This document shows positions 8,413 through 19,940 of a DNA stretch of 53,665 nt, piece after piece. A program made the position numbers and the translations under genes. Source of the stretch: Macrostomum lignano (lineage: Eukaryota). The notes under the pieces were generated by a model that was not told the DNA's origin, ran no database searches, and saw only the letters and a program-made list of their open reading frames with translations. Positions within the stretch are counted from its first letter, which is position 1. Each line of letters starts with the position of its first letter. Where the stretch lies: NCBI GenBank assembly GCA_002269645.1, contig NIVC01004239.1, positions 1-53,665 of the forward strand. The letters run 5' to 3'.

Positions 8413-11400
8413 ATGACAAGTAGTGCAAACAGCAAGGAATTTATTGTTAATCAAAAATATCGTCTTATTAAGAAAATTGGAAGTGGTTCATTTGGAGAAA
8501 TCTACCTCGGTGTAAACCAAACAAATGGAGAGGTATGGATGTTTTTATTTGAATTTACTGTTTAAATATTGTTGACAATGTTGTGATAAAATTTAACTTT
8601 AATGTTTTTTATTAGTTTTCAGCTTAGTTTTGAAGTTTGTACATTATTATTAGCCTAACCTCTATTGCTTCCAAACTTAAGATCATATTAAGTAATGGGC
8701 TTTTAACAGCCCAAATTTAACTATAGTGCATGCTAGAAGTTTAAAGAAGAATAACATCTTATTCTTATTTTGGCTCCAGGATGGAATTCTTGCTTGGGCC
8801 GTTGGGGGTAGGAAAACGCACACGCATGTTTTTGGAGCAGCACGCAAGTGTGCACACCAGCTGTAAAAAATTCATAAAGCAGATCATGGCAGGCCCATGC
8901 ACTAAAAATGAAATTTCTAGTTTTTCAATTCTTATGCCAACGTAAACTAGAAAGTTGTACTTTAAGTGTAAAGTAGCTTGATCACTATAATTTTTACAGA
9001 AAATATTCTTTAAAAATTATAAGAGTTTCACTAAACTTTAAAGTAACTATTTTTGCTAAAAACTATTCTTCTTTGTTTTACTTTTGTTTAAAATTTTCTG
9101 GCATAAAAACAACCTTCTAGACTAGGCCTATAAAAAGTAGGAGAACTTGAGCGCGCATACACTACATGGCATATAACCATGTTGAATGCATATAAAAGTC
9201 AAATCCTATTTGTGATTCTGCGGCAAACAGCTTCTTTGCAAGCGCATATGATGGAGTAAGCATACACCTTTAAGAGCGCGCAAGTAGGCTTCTTTTCAGT
9301 GCGCAAGCGGGCACAAATTTGACAAGCGCGCACAAACGCGTAACAACTTTTGTGCAAGAATTCCATCCTGGTTTTGGCTCCTAGCTAGGCCTAAATATTT
9401 GAATACATGCTAGTATATACATATATACATATATGAAAAATTCCTCATTGGCTTTTGTTTTTTGTATTTTTTCATTTTAATAAAAATAAATTAATAGCTT
9501 TATTAGGCTTTCTAGTTTTGTAGGCAGTAGGCTTAGTCTTAGCCTTCCTATTATTTTTTTTAATTTAGAAACAACTGGAAGTTGGAAGCCTATACTCTAT
9601 ATTCTCAAAGGCGCATATATAAGGTGGCCACACCAAGGTAGCTACAACCTATAGGTATAGCTCTAAATTGGCTTATACAAAGAGAGATAGCTTTTAACTT
9701 TTTTTAAATTACTATTGTAGCTCTAGGTGCAACCCATTTTGGCAAAGGAATTTTTAGCAAAAATGCTACACTCAGGAAGGTGTACATTATGGCGGAAAAT
9801 TCTGGCAGACATCAACAAAAAATATGTGCAAAGTGGCGCACACGGTGAACAACAAAGGCTTAGCAGAAGTTTTTAGCGCACAGTGGTACACAGCAAAACC
9901 TAATCAGAAAAATTTAGCTCACAATGAGTCATCTAAATGTATAATCTGCATATGCAGTGCATAAAATAAGCTTTAAGATTACGTTTTTTCCAAGCATATC
10001 AATAAAAAATTGTTGTTTCTTGGTAAGTGAAATGAATAATAAAATTCAAAATGGGATTTTAACGTAAAGTTAAAGCTATTTCTTTTGAGAATTTTCTACG
10101 TGAGCTAAAAAAAGCAAAAGTTTTGAGTTAAAAAAAGCCTATATAAGGTACAAAAACACTGGGTAACAAATAAATCTTTTTTGAAAAATCGTCCAGGGTT
10201 TTCCAGCTGGCTCATTTCATATAAGCATGGTCGTAACATGACAGGTTATTTTTACTTATAAAATGAAATCTAATAATAGAATATACTAAACCAATATTTT
10301 AAATGAAAGATTATTTTGTCTAGAATATATTTATAGAGTTTCATATAGATATCATCATTAGTATAGATGCTATTAAACCTTAAATGACACTTATGGTCGT
10401 AACGACAGGATTTTTGACATATAGAAACTAAAAGGTAAAAGTCTTATAACATTTTTCATTTTTGATATTTTGCAATACATTTTTAAAATTTGACTAAGAA
10501 CATCTTTAGAAATCATACTCTTTTATTAGAATATATAAACTCAAAAGGCAACAAAGATACAAAAGAAAAGGCAGCCTTATGGTCGTAACATTATGGTCGT
10601 AACATATTTTTTTCTGTCAATTCAGTAACTTTGAGGTACTAATACATTAAAAATATAATAGATTATTTGGTCACCAATGCTTTTATCTGATGATGCAAGT
10701 ACTATACTTTTATCTATAGTTTGTTTCAACCTTCAAAAGCTTTCTATTTGTTTTTAAAAGGTACAAAATCTTAATGATGTCTTTTGCTTCAAAAAATGTC
10801 CAAATTTTTACAAAAATGACTTTTTGCCAATTGATAACATACTAATCCAACATTTTACCATTCCTTTATTCTTAGATTGTATATATTGCACAATATAAAC
10901 ATTTGGTAAAAAATAGGCTAATTAGGCAATGGCAAGCAAAAATATTGACTTTTTTCTATTTTCCAAAAATGTCCATCTTATATGGAATGAGCCAGCTGAA
11001 TTAGACTAATTTTGATGCTCTGAGTCTGAAAATGACCTTGGTTTTGCTTAGTCAGGTCAGGATTTTTCACAACAGAAATTTTTTAAAATTATATTTTCCA
11101 AAAAACAAATTTTTATATATTATAAGAAACCCCTAGTTTTTCCATTTTCCCAAAGAAATAGAAGTCTATGTAGTTACACTCATTCAGTTTTATTTACTCT
11201 ATTAAATTGATCAGAATGTATTAGATATGATCAAGGTGTTATCATAGTATTAATTAGTAAGCTTGTATAAGAAAAGTGTTACTTGTACATGACAAAAGTT
11301 CAAAGTTCACGGCATAAATTGGCATTTCTTTGATTCCCGTGTGTGAGTAGCTGCTGGGTTGTCTCTCTTCAGTGACCAGCAGTAGTCCGCCAGCATGACT

Positions 11401-14400
11401 GCGTCCCACCTCCCTTGGTACCTCTCCTCCATTTGGCGCATGTCCTGATAGAACCTTTCTCCCTGCTCGTCGCTCATTGCCCCAAGGTTTTCAGGAAACT
11501 TCTCCATGTGTGAGAACAGGAAGTGCATCTTTATGCTCATCAAACACCCAAGTTTTCTGAAGGCCTCTATCATGTTGCTGATGAGTCTGGCGTGGTTTGG
11601 TGCCTTCGTGTTCCCTAGAAAGTTGTTCACCACCTGCACAAACGATTTCCAGGCAGCGCACTCTAGCGTGTTCATGGAGTTTTGAAACTCTGGGTCTTTG
11701 ATGAGCTGCCAGATCTGTGGGCCATCAAAGATGCCAGCCTTCAGCTTCTCAATGGTCAGTTGAGGAAAAGCTTGGCACAGGTAGTTAAAGCACCTCCCAT
11801 CTTTGTCCAGAGCGCGCGTGAACTGTTTCATTAACCCAAGCTTCATATGTAGCGGTTGGATCAATATCTTCTCCCGGTCAACAAGAGGTTTGTTTACAAT
11901 GTTTCTTGTTCCAGGTACTAACTGCTCTCGCGCAGGCCACTCTTTTTTTACATAGTGCTGGGCTCTGTCTCGACTGTCCCACATACATATGAAGCATGAG
12001 TATTTTGTGAACCCAGATTGCTGACCAAGTAAAAAGTTCACCATCTTGAAGTCGACGCAGATGATCCATTGGTGCTGCTCATATTGGATTTTGTCGAGCA
12101 TGTACTTCACTGCTTCATATTTCTCTTTGAGAGTTGTCGAATGCGCAAGAGAGATTGAGGCAAACTGGTTCCCATTGTGGAGGAGCACACACTTTAAAGA
12201 GCATTTACAACTGTCAATGAAGAGTCGCCAATCTCTCGGATTGTATTGAGGAGCGCCAAGTTTGACAACAAGACTGGAGACATCTTGGCAATACACGAGG
12301 TCTTCCTCCTGGCAGAAGTAGACCATGTATTCCTCATGTCTTCTGCGAAAAAAGGTAATATGCGCGTCCTTGCCAAGAAGATTTTTCTCTTTGAGTCTCG
12401 AGGCCAACAGCTCGGAAGAAGTCTTTGACAAGCTGAGATCCCAAACCAGATCATTAAGCTCACATTGTGAAAAAGGCTGTGGACCATCTTGTGCTTCATA
12501 TTTGTCTTCTGCATCTCCTTCCTCATCTGTAGTGCTCAGGGTCTCAGCATCACAATCAGGAAGCTCTGTGAATGCTGGTATTGGAATTTATTCGCAGTGA
12601 GCAACTGGACGGCGGGCAGATGGAAGGTCGGGGTACTGGAGGCTATGCCAATTCTTCCTGTTGATACTAGTAGTGTTGATGGCGCAGAAGTAACAATCCG
12701 ATGCATGGTCAAATGGCTCCCTCCAAACCATCAGAATTCCAAACTTCAGTGAAGTTTTTGCGCCCTTTGTCCACCGCCGGAGGTATTCCACGCACGTCTT
12801 GCACACTATGTGGGGTGCCCAGGACTTATCTTGGTCACCCAACTTGACTTTAAAATAAGCCTAGTAGGCACGCTTCACAAATCCTGTGATGTTCTTCCTG
12901 TCTACTGATAGCGTGTATTCTCTGCAGATGTAGCAGAAAACGTCAGGATTATTCCTGCATGACCGTCGAGCCGAAGCCATATCAATAAGCTGAAAGTAAT
13001 GGCAGGATGCTATATATTGATGAACATATATAATATAATATAATATATAAATGATATATTTATTTAAATAACAAATAAATATAATACTAAAATAATGTAG
13101 GGCCTATATATCATAGATACAAAAGTGGAACTTAAGACCCCTATAGTATTAGCATATATGCATAGCCCGTCAGGTAGACGTATGGCTGTATCTCAAAAAG
13201 TTGACCTGATAGGGCAAAATCAATGTGATATTCAGACTCAGAGCACCAAAATTAGTCTGAATCAGCTGAGAAAACTCTGACGATTTTTTAACTGTTACCC
13301 AGTGAAATTTATCCGTTTTTTAGTTTTGTTTTAATTGGATTTTTACTGAGTTTTTAGTGCTACAGCGCATTAGTTAGCTATGTATTTGTCAATAAATGAA
13401 TGTACACCTCGGTGCACAAATTCATATTTTAGCTTCGCGCACAGCGCACACTCCAAAAATATGCTGAAATATTATGTTGAGTAGTCAAGAAATGTTAAGC
13501 AAGTAATCTGCACATTTTTATGCAGCATTTTTAATAGTCATACTGTCATAATGTCATTTTATATAAAGATATATATGAATATATTGTATCATAAATAATT
13601 TATATTATTTTTAAATGTTTTTATTAGTTTATTTGATATTAAATAATAAATAATAATCAAAATAAATGAATAATACAAGGGCTGATCAAAAAGTTCTGCA
13701 AGTGACCTCACAACTCAGTGTTACAGCAACCACGGCGTCTAATCAGTGTCACATTCCCTCAAAGTACTTTCCACCACTATCCATGCACTGTCGCATGCGT
13801 GTGCACCATGTCTGAAAGCAGTCATGGTACTCAGAAGTTGGTATACCCTGTAGAGCTGAATGTACCACTTGGGCAAGGTCTTGTATGTGTGAAAACGGCC
13901 TCCCAGAAATGACGGATTCGATCCTCGGGAACAGCCAAAAGTCACAGGGTGCTAGGTCTGGAGAGTAGGGTGGATGGGGCAGCAGCCGGACCTCCTGCTG
14001 CTCCAGGTACGCCATGGTTGAGGCCGCTCTGTGCGGTGCCGCATTGTCATGGTGCAGCAGGAGTCAAGGTCCATGCCTGGTTCGCGCACGTTCCTGCCGC
14101 TCCTGCAGCACGCCTGGCAGAGCATGTGTCTATGTAGTACCTGGCAGTTACTGTGGCACCCACTGGAAGGATGTTTACTGATACAACACCCTGAGAGTTG
14201 AAAAAATGGTGAATATCCGCTTCCAACTGCGGAATCCGGTCTTCAGCACCTTGGGCCTCAGGCTCATCTTCTGCCAGCCAGACCATGTTGGACTGCTTAT
14301 CCTTCTTGGTAAAAGAATGAGATCCAACATTCGCCTCCTGTGATGACATCCGACAGTCGTCGTGGGCCATGGGGCTAAAAAATTTGCACCCACAAGAGAC

Positions 14401-17400
14401 AGATGCGCACCCTCTCTGCTTGCTGCTCCGGAGTGAGAAGATGGGGTACCCACCGAGCGCAGGTCTTTGTGCGGCCCAGTCGCTCATGCATGATGTTATG
14501 AGCACTTCCATAGCTGACACCAAGCTCATAGGCAAGGAATCTTAGCGTAATGCTCCAATCCTCACGAATTATTGCATCGGCATGGGCCACGACATCTTCG
14601 GTCACGGATGTCCGGGGTCGGCCAGACCTCGGTTCATCGTTGAAGCTGTCCCAGCCTTCCAAGAAATGGCGCAGCCAGCGGGCAACTGTGTCAAATGATG
14701 GAGCAGAGTCAGCTAAAACATTCACCCGATCGGTATGAATCTCAGTCACTTTGCAACCAAGTTGCATGCACATAAAGATATAGAAGCGAACACTGTCTTT
14801 TGATGTTTCCATCAGCTACTGAAAACACATGGAAAATATATGGCTGTGAAATTTGACTGGAGCACATTTGGAAGCCAAAAATGTATATAAATATAGCAAA
14901 CAGATATAGCCGCATATGTGTAAGTTTTTGGCTTTTGTCGATTCTATTACTAAAAGCTATAACAAAAGGTTGCAGAACTTTTTGATCACCCCTCGTATTA
15001 AAGTAATAAAAATATACTAATAAATTTTTGCTTATATGTGTCATTCCATGAGAGTTCTATGAAACAAAGGCTGCAGCACTAAGTTGTCTAGCTAAGTTGT
15101 AATTGCCAAATATGACATCCATATTTCTAGGAGTGTCTAGCTGTAGTTGCAGCTGGTTAGCTAGCCAAATTCTTGTATAAGGATCTGAAGAAATCCTTAG
15201 ATGGAATAAAAAAATAGTGATAATATTTCCAGTTAGTGTTCCATTTAGTTATTTTTTGTATAATAATACCAAGATGTGCACAACAATACAACTGATACAA
15301 TTGTTAAAAAAAGGAAAATGCCTTGTTGAAATTTCATTGCCATATTGATATTTCATATATTGAAGGGCATTTTTACCCTATATATATTATCTATATAAAC
15401 ACCCATAAAAATACTCAACTTTTCAACTTGACCTGAGTAAAATTTCTTGACAGTCAAGTAGTTGAAAAAAGAGTCAATTACTCAACATGTAGAATACTCA
15501 GTTGAGTACTTGTTTGGCCTCTAGCAACAAGGTCCTAAACCTAGGTAGTCTAATACTATATGCCCATAGTCTATAATATAAGGCAGCTTTTATGCTAAAA
15601 TTTTGCCTCTTACTAAGGATCTTAATATAGCAAAAATGGCCAAGTTCAGGTTTGGCATATATGGTATAGCCTAATTGTGATTAAAGAAAACTTTTTAAAA
15701 TAAAAATTCATACATGCGCAACCTTGGGAATCACTTGGCCATTTCTTTTGGCAACACACACATGTAAGTCGCTATTGGCTGAGAGCAGTCACGTGACTAC
15801 TATTCCATCCAATAGCAACTTACATGTGTGTGTTGTCAATAGAAATGGCTGGGTGAATCCTTGGTTATGCCCAAGCATGTAAAAATTGTTAGCAACTTAT
15901 AGAGAGTAAAATTAAAAGGAGGATTATAAACTTCTATAAAAAACAAACACTTTAAAGTTTAATAAAACTCTCACTTCAAAGAATATATTGATATTATAAG
16001 AAAATTAGCATGAAAGCACCTTATTCTTGGCAAATTTTTTGATTTATAGAGGCAAAGAATAAAAAAACTAGAATTTTCATTCCAGCATATAATTACTGTC
16101 TAGTAGGATTAAGATGGAAAATTTTTAGAAAAATGCTACATATTTTGCAAGTGAGCTAAAAATGTAATTGTATAACAAAACTTTATAACATAAAATCCAC
16201 TGTGAAATTACATTAAAAAGTGCAAATGTGCAATTGGTAAGATAATGCTTGAATGTGTAAAACAAATTTCAACCTCAAACAAACAAAAACAGACATTCAA
16301 GCCTTCAACCCCCAGTTAAAGTGATATACCATTCAATTACACCAAGCCTATTTAAAAATGCTTTTAGGAAATCGCAGTTAAGCTGGAAAGTCAGAAGGCC
16401 CGCCATCCGCAGTTGCTCTATGAAAGCAAGCTGTACAAACTGCTTCAAGGTGGCATCGGCATACCTCATGTTCGGTGAGTGCTTTTCACTCATTGGCAAG
16501 CGCTTCAGAATGGGATAGATTTAAAGAACCTTGATAGTTACTAACGGGTAATTCCATGTAACCCACTTAAACTTAGCTGGTTCGGCGTAGAAAAAGACTA
16601 CAATGTGCTGGTGATGGACCTGCTCGGGCCCAGCCTTGAGGATCTGTTCAGCTTCTGCTCACGGCGATTCACGATGAAGACTGTGCTGATGCTGGCCGAT
16701 CAGATGATCAACAGAATCGAATACGTGCACAATAAGAACTTTATCCATCGCGACATCAAGCCGGACAACTTCCTCATGGGCATTGGGCGGCACTGCAACA
16801 AGGTGAGCTAAATGCAGGTAGTTATGTTGTAAGCTCTAGACTGTTAGACTCGCCACCAAAGTCAGGGCCGCTGTACAGTACAGTATTGACGCTGTAAAAT
16901 TGACGCTGACGCTGAATTGCCTCAGCGATGGTAAAAACTTTAACTAACTCTCAAGCATTTTAATATCCCGCAGGTGTTCATCATCGACTTTGGCTTAGCC
17001 AAGAAGTACCGGGACAGTCGCTCCGGCAAGCACATCCCCTACCGGTGCGTTTCCTTATTTTTAATCATCATTTTTATGTTCAAAATGTCGGTTATGCTAC
17101 TTACAGTAGAAAAATTAGCGTCCAGTCAGAAAATCAGCTCAAAGTTAACTCAAATTCCGCAGCGAGGACAAGAACTTGACTGGCACGGCCAGGTACGCCT
17201 CTATCAATGCTCATTTAGGCATTGAGCAATCGCGCCGAGACGATATGGAGGCCTTGGGCTACGTGCTCATGTACTTTAATCGCGGCTCACTGCCCTGGCA
17301 GGGTTTGCAGGTCAGAATTTTTTTGTATTGTTAATATTCCAGGTTGACACCAGCATCCCAGGTTGACACCAGCATCCCAGGTTGACCCCAGCATCCCAGG

Positions 17401-18291
17401 TTGACACCAGCATCCCAGGTTGACCCCAGCATCCCAGGTTGACACCAGCATCCCAGGTTGACACCAGCATCCCAGATTGACCCCAGCATCCCAGATTGAC
17501 CCCAGCATCCCAGGTTGACACCAGCATCCTATGTTAACCCAAATACCCCAGGTTGACCCAACTACCCGAGGTGAACTCAAATACCTAAAATTGACCCAAA
17601 CACCCCAGGTTGACCCAAACACCACAGGTTGACCCAAACACCCCAGGTTGACCCAAACACTCAGGTTGACTTAAACACCCCAGGTTGACCCAAACACTCA
17701 AGGTTGACTCAAACACCCCAGGTTGACCCAAACACTCAAGGTTGACTCAAACACCCCAGGTTGACCCAAACACTCAAGGTTGACTCAAACACCCCAGGTT
17801 GACCCAAACACCCCAGGTTGACCCAAACACTCAAGGTTGACTCAAACACTCAAGGTTGACCCAAACACTCAAGGTTGACCCAAACACTCAAGGTTGACTC
17901 AAACACTCAAGGTTGACCCAAACACTCAAGGTTGACCCAAACACTCAAGGTTGACTCAAACACCCCAGGTTGACCAACGAACCCCCTCTTCTGTACATTC
18001 AAACTGTTGCAGGCTGCTAACAAGAAGCAGAAGTACCAGAAGATCAGCGAAAAGAAAATGTCCACCCCAGTTGAAGGCCTGTGCAAAGGCTTCCCTGCCG
18101 AGTTCACCATGTACTTGAACTACTGCCGCGGCCTGCGGTTCGAGGAGGCGCCGGACTACATGTACCTGAGGCAGCTGTTCCGCATCCTGTTCCGCACGCT
18201 CAACCATCAGTTTGACTACACCTTCGACTGGACTCTGCTCAAACAGCGCAGCAACGCTTCAGCCGCAGCCGCCTCCGCCAGTCAGCAGTGA
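8413..18291 (+). CDS. CSNK1A1: Casein kinase I isoform alpha, 316 aa, 6 exons
   Basis: Exons 8413-8532, 16368-16474, 16577-16802, 16974-17044, 17163-17310, 18013-18291 join in frame. Motifs: [81 protein letters not shown]. The N-terminus [20 protein letters not shown] and the short C-tail are alpha-type. Confidence 0.96.
8776..9371. mobile_element. Non-autonomous DNA transposon with an 8-bp TSD (hAT-like), 596 bp
   Basis: Perfect 18-bp TIR ccaggatggaattcttgc / gcaagaattccatcctgg. TSD ttttggct at 8768-8775 and 9372-9379. Confidence 0.85.
10209..10993. mobile_element. Nested 785-bp non-autonomous TIR element with a 4-bp AGCT TSD; superfamily not assigned
   Basis: TIR ggctcatt[t/c]catataag. 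TSD agct at 10205-10208 and 10994-10997. Removing it restores similarity between the Chapaev left and right ends. Internal motif tggtcgtaac occurs 4 times. Confidence 0.85.
11307..12980 (-). pseudogene. Chapaev3-type transposase, 558 codons, two in-frame nonsense codons
   Basis: One frame from ATG 12980 ([19 protein letters not shown]...CKTC...CYFC, Cys-rich N-terminus) to the stop at 11307. TAG at 12861-12863 and TAA at 12588-12590; no frameshift seen. Confidence 0.88.
13676..14995 (-). mobile_element. Degenerate mariner element, 1320 bp
   Basis: 26-bp TIR c[a/g]aggg[c/g]tgatcaaaaagttctgcaa with TA TSD. Frameshifted transposase fragments contain PRSGRP, WVPHLLT and [16 protein letters not shown]. 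Confidence 0.95.
15720..15866. repeat. Short imperfect palindrome (MITE-like) centred on agtcacgtgact
   Basis: Arms ccatttcttttggcaacacacacatgtaagtcgctattgg (from 15739) and ccaatagcaacttacatgtgtgtgttgtcaatagaaatgg (to 15848). Confidence 0.8.
17338..17975. repeat. CK1a intron-5 minisatellite; 19-bp units grading into 19-21-bp variants
   Basis: ccaggttgacaccagcatc, then ccaggttgacccaaacacc and caaggttgacccaaacact. All share the core aggttgac. Confidence 0.95.
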
Positions 18292-18388
18292 CCTCGCCTG
18301 ACCTCCCGTCTGGGTCCATCCTCCCAATTTTCCCAACTCCACCGCTTCTCAATGCTCCTCGACCGGATTCGACCTATTAATTGAGATT

Positions 18389-18394
18389 AATAAA
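18389..18394 (+). promoter_or_regulatory. Candidate poly(A) signal of CK1a
   Basis: aataaa about 100 nt after the stop codon; position only. Confidence 0.3.
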
Positions 18395-19453
18395 CATTTT
18401 TGAAAGAAAAATTATGTTACGCTTCACTTTTCCGTCAGTGTTTTTATTGTTTTGTTATTAATTCTCTTCTGCTTTTGTCTTGTGCTTTTGCTCACCTGAG
18501 TTGCTAAGAAACTGAAGCCGAAGTCAGAAGAAGCAAACACGCACCCAACTCCTTTATTTGTATCTGTAACTCCAAGCCGATTTTGTAATTGTTCATTGCT
18601 ACAATTAACGCCCTACGGTAAGAACTCGTATATATATTACTCATTTTGTTGTACTTTGTTATCACCGATTTTAGAAGATTTAAATGTTTTAATTATATTA
18701 AAACAAAATTTGTTTCTCATATCGTAATAACTAATTGCATAGAAATGATATATGTACAAACTGACAGTAGTAAGATGGCATGATAATGACAAATTACAAT
18801 TGCACTAATGTACTTTGAAACCGTATATATTAATTAAAATCTGTACAAGCACTGGCCATGCATGCTGCCTATTTTTGTCTTATTATAAATCCTGCATAAG
18901 TTTTATTTCAAAATTATCAAAATTATGTTTTTTTTCTGAAGATTTTTTTAGCTATTTGAATTCTATATCTTATTGTATTGTATTCGTACCACCCTTGCAT
19001 GTCCGTTATTTCTGTAATTTTGTGTCTCGCAAGTTTTCATATGTTTTATGCATGAAAAAATCCTTTGTAAACTTTGATTTTTCGGGTCAAAGATAAACGA
19101 TTGTCGGCTGACTCTTTTTTTATGTGAATAAGTTTTTATCGTTGCGGCCCTCGATAAATATAATAGCGATAAATATGTCACTTCAATTTTATTTGACTCC
19201 TAAAAATGACTCAAAACTTTATTATTAAAATATTTTAAAAAAAAAAGTTTTTACGCGAATCTGTATTTATATTTAATAATGGGATGTAATAACTATTGGG
19301 AGTGGAAAAGTGATGGCGAAGAAGGTGAAGAAGTGGTGAAGTAGGAATGCAGGAAGTGAATGTACATGTATAACAGTGTATATGCAACCGAACAAAATGA
19401 ATGTTTGTTAGTATGCAGTGTATAAAAATTAATGTACAATGTACTTTGTACAA

Positions 19454-19731
19454 GGACGCCTTAAGTAGGACTGGAAACCTCGTTTCTTGAAAAGTTTTTG
19501 AAGGCAGGCTTTTCCAAAAATACACTACGGAGATAATAAATTTTCATTTTTCCAGCACGAAAATTGGTATTGCTTTTGATAGGAGGCAGATCCAGTGTTC
19601 ATCTTTTGATATGTTGTGCCTTTCTTATTGCTCTATCGATATAAAGCTTTTCGTCGAGAAAATTGGGATTCTATGTTAATTTTTTATTCTTTCAAGAAAC
19701 AAGGTTTCCCGTCCTTCTACCTAAGTCGTCC
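19454..19731. mobile_element. Degenerate MITE with TIRs of about 40 bp (GG..CC ends, possibly Kolobok-like)
   Basis: ggacgccttaagtaggactggaaacctcgtttcttgaaa versus tttcaagaaacaaggtttcccgtccttctacctaagtcgtcc. The flanks acaa/ttga may be decayed TTAA. Confidence 0.6.
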
Positions 19732-19940
19732 TTGAACTTTGTATGCTGAAAGATACTTCAGTAGAGACATTGAAACTTTAATTAATTATTAGGCTTTAGC
19801 AGGATACTCTTTGAAAAAGTGAATGATTCTCAAGGACGACTAGCTAGGCCTATCATCCGTATTAGTGTGCTAATGATAAGTTGAGACTTTCAACAAAAGC
19901 TAGTGAAAAATCTCATTATTAAAAAAAATGTCAAACAGTA

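Larger units (their letters stand above)
10157..13304 (-). mobile_element. Chapaev3-type (CMC superfamily) DNA transposon
   Basis: Termini cactgggtaaca / tgttacccagtg with about 100 bp of imperfect subterminal IR once the nested insertion is removed. Flanked by aaa/aaa. Contains a transposase gene with the Chapaev-type motifs [35 protein letters not shown] and MSDEQGERF. Confidence 0.85.

Noticed and set aside
9778-13409. 11-bp inverted match aggtgtacatt / aatgtacacct as the TIR of a larger host element
   Set aside because: No TSD and no extension of the similarity; could be chance.
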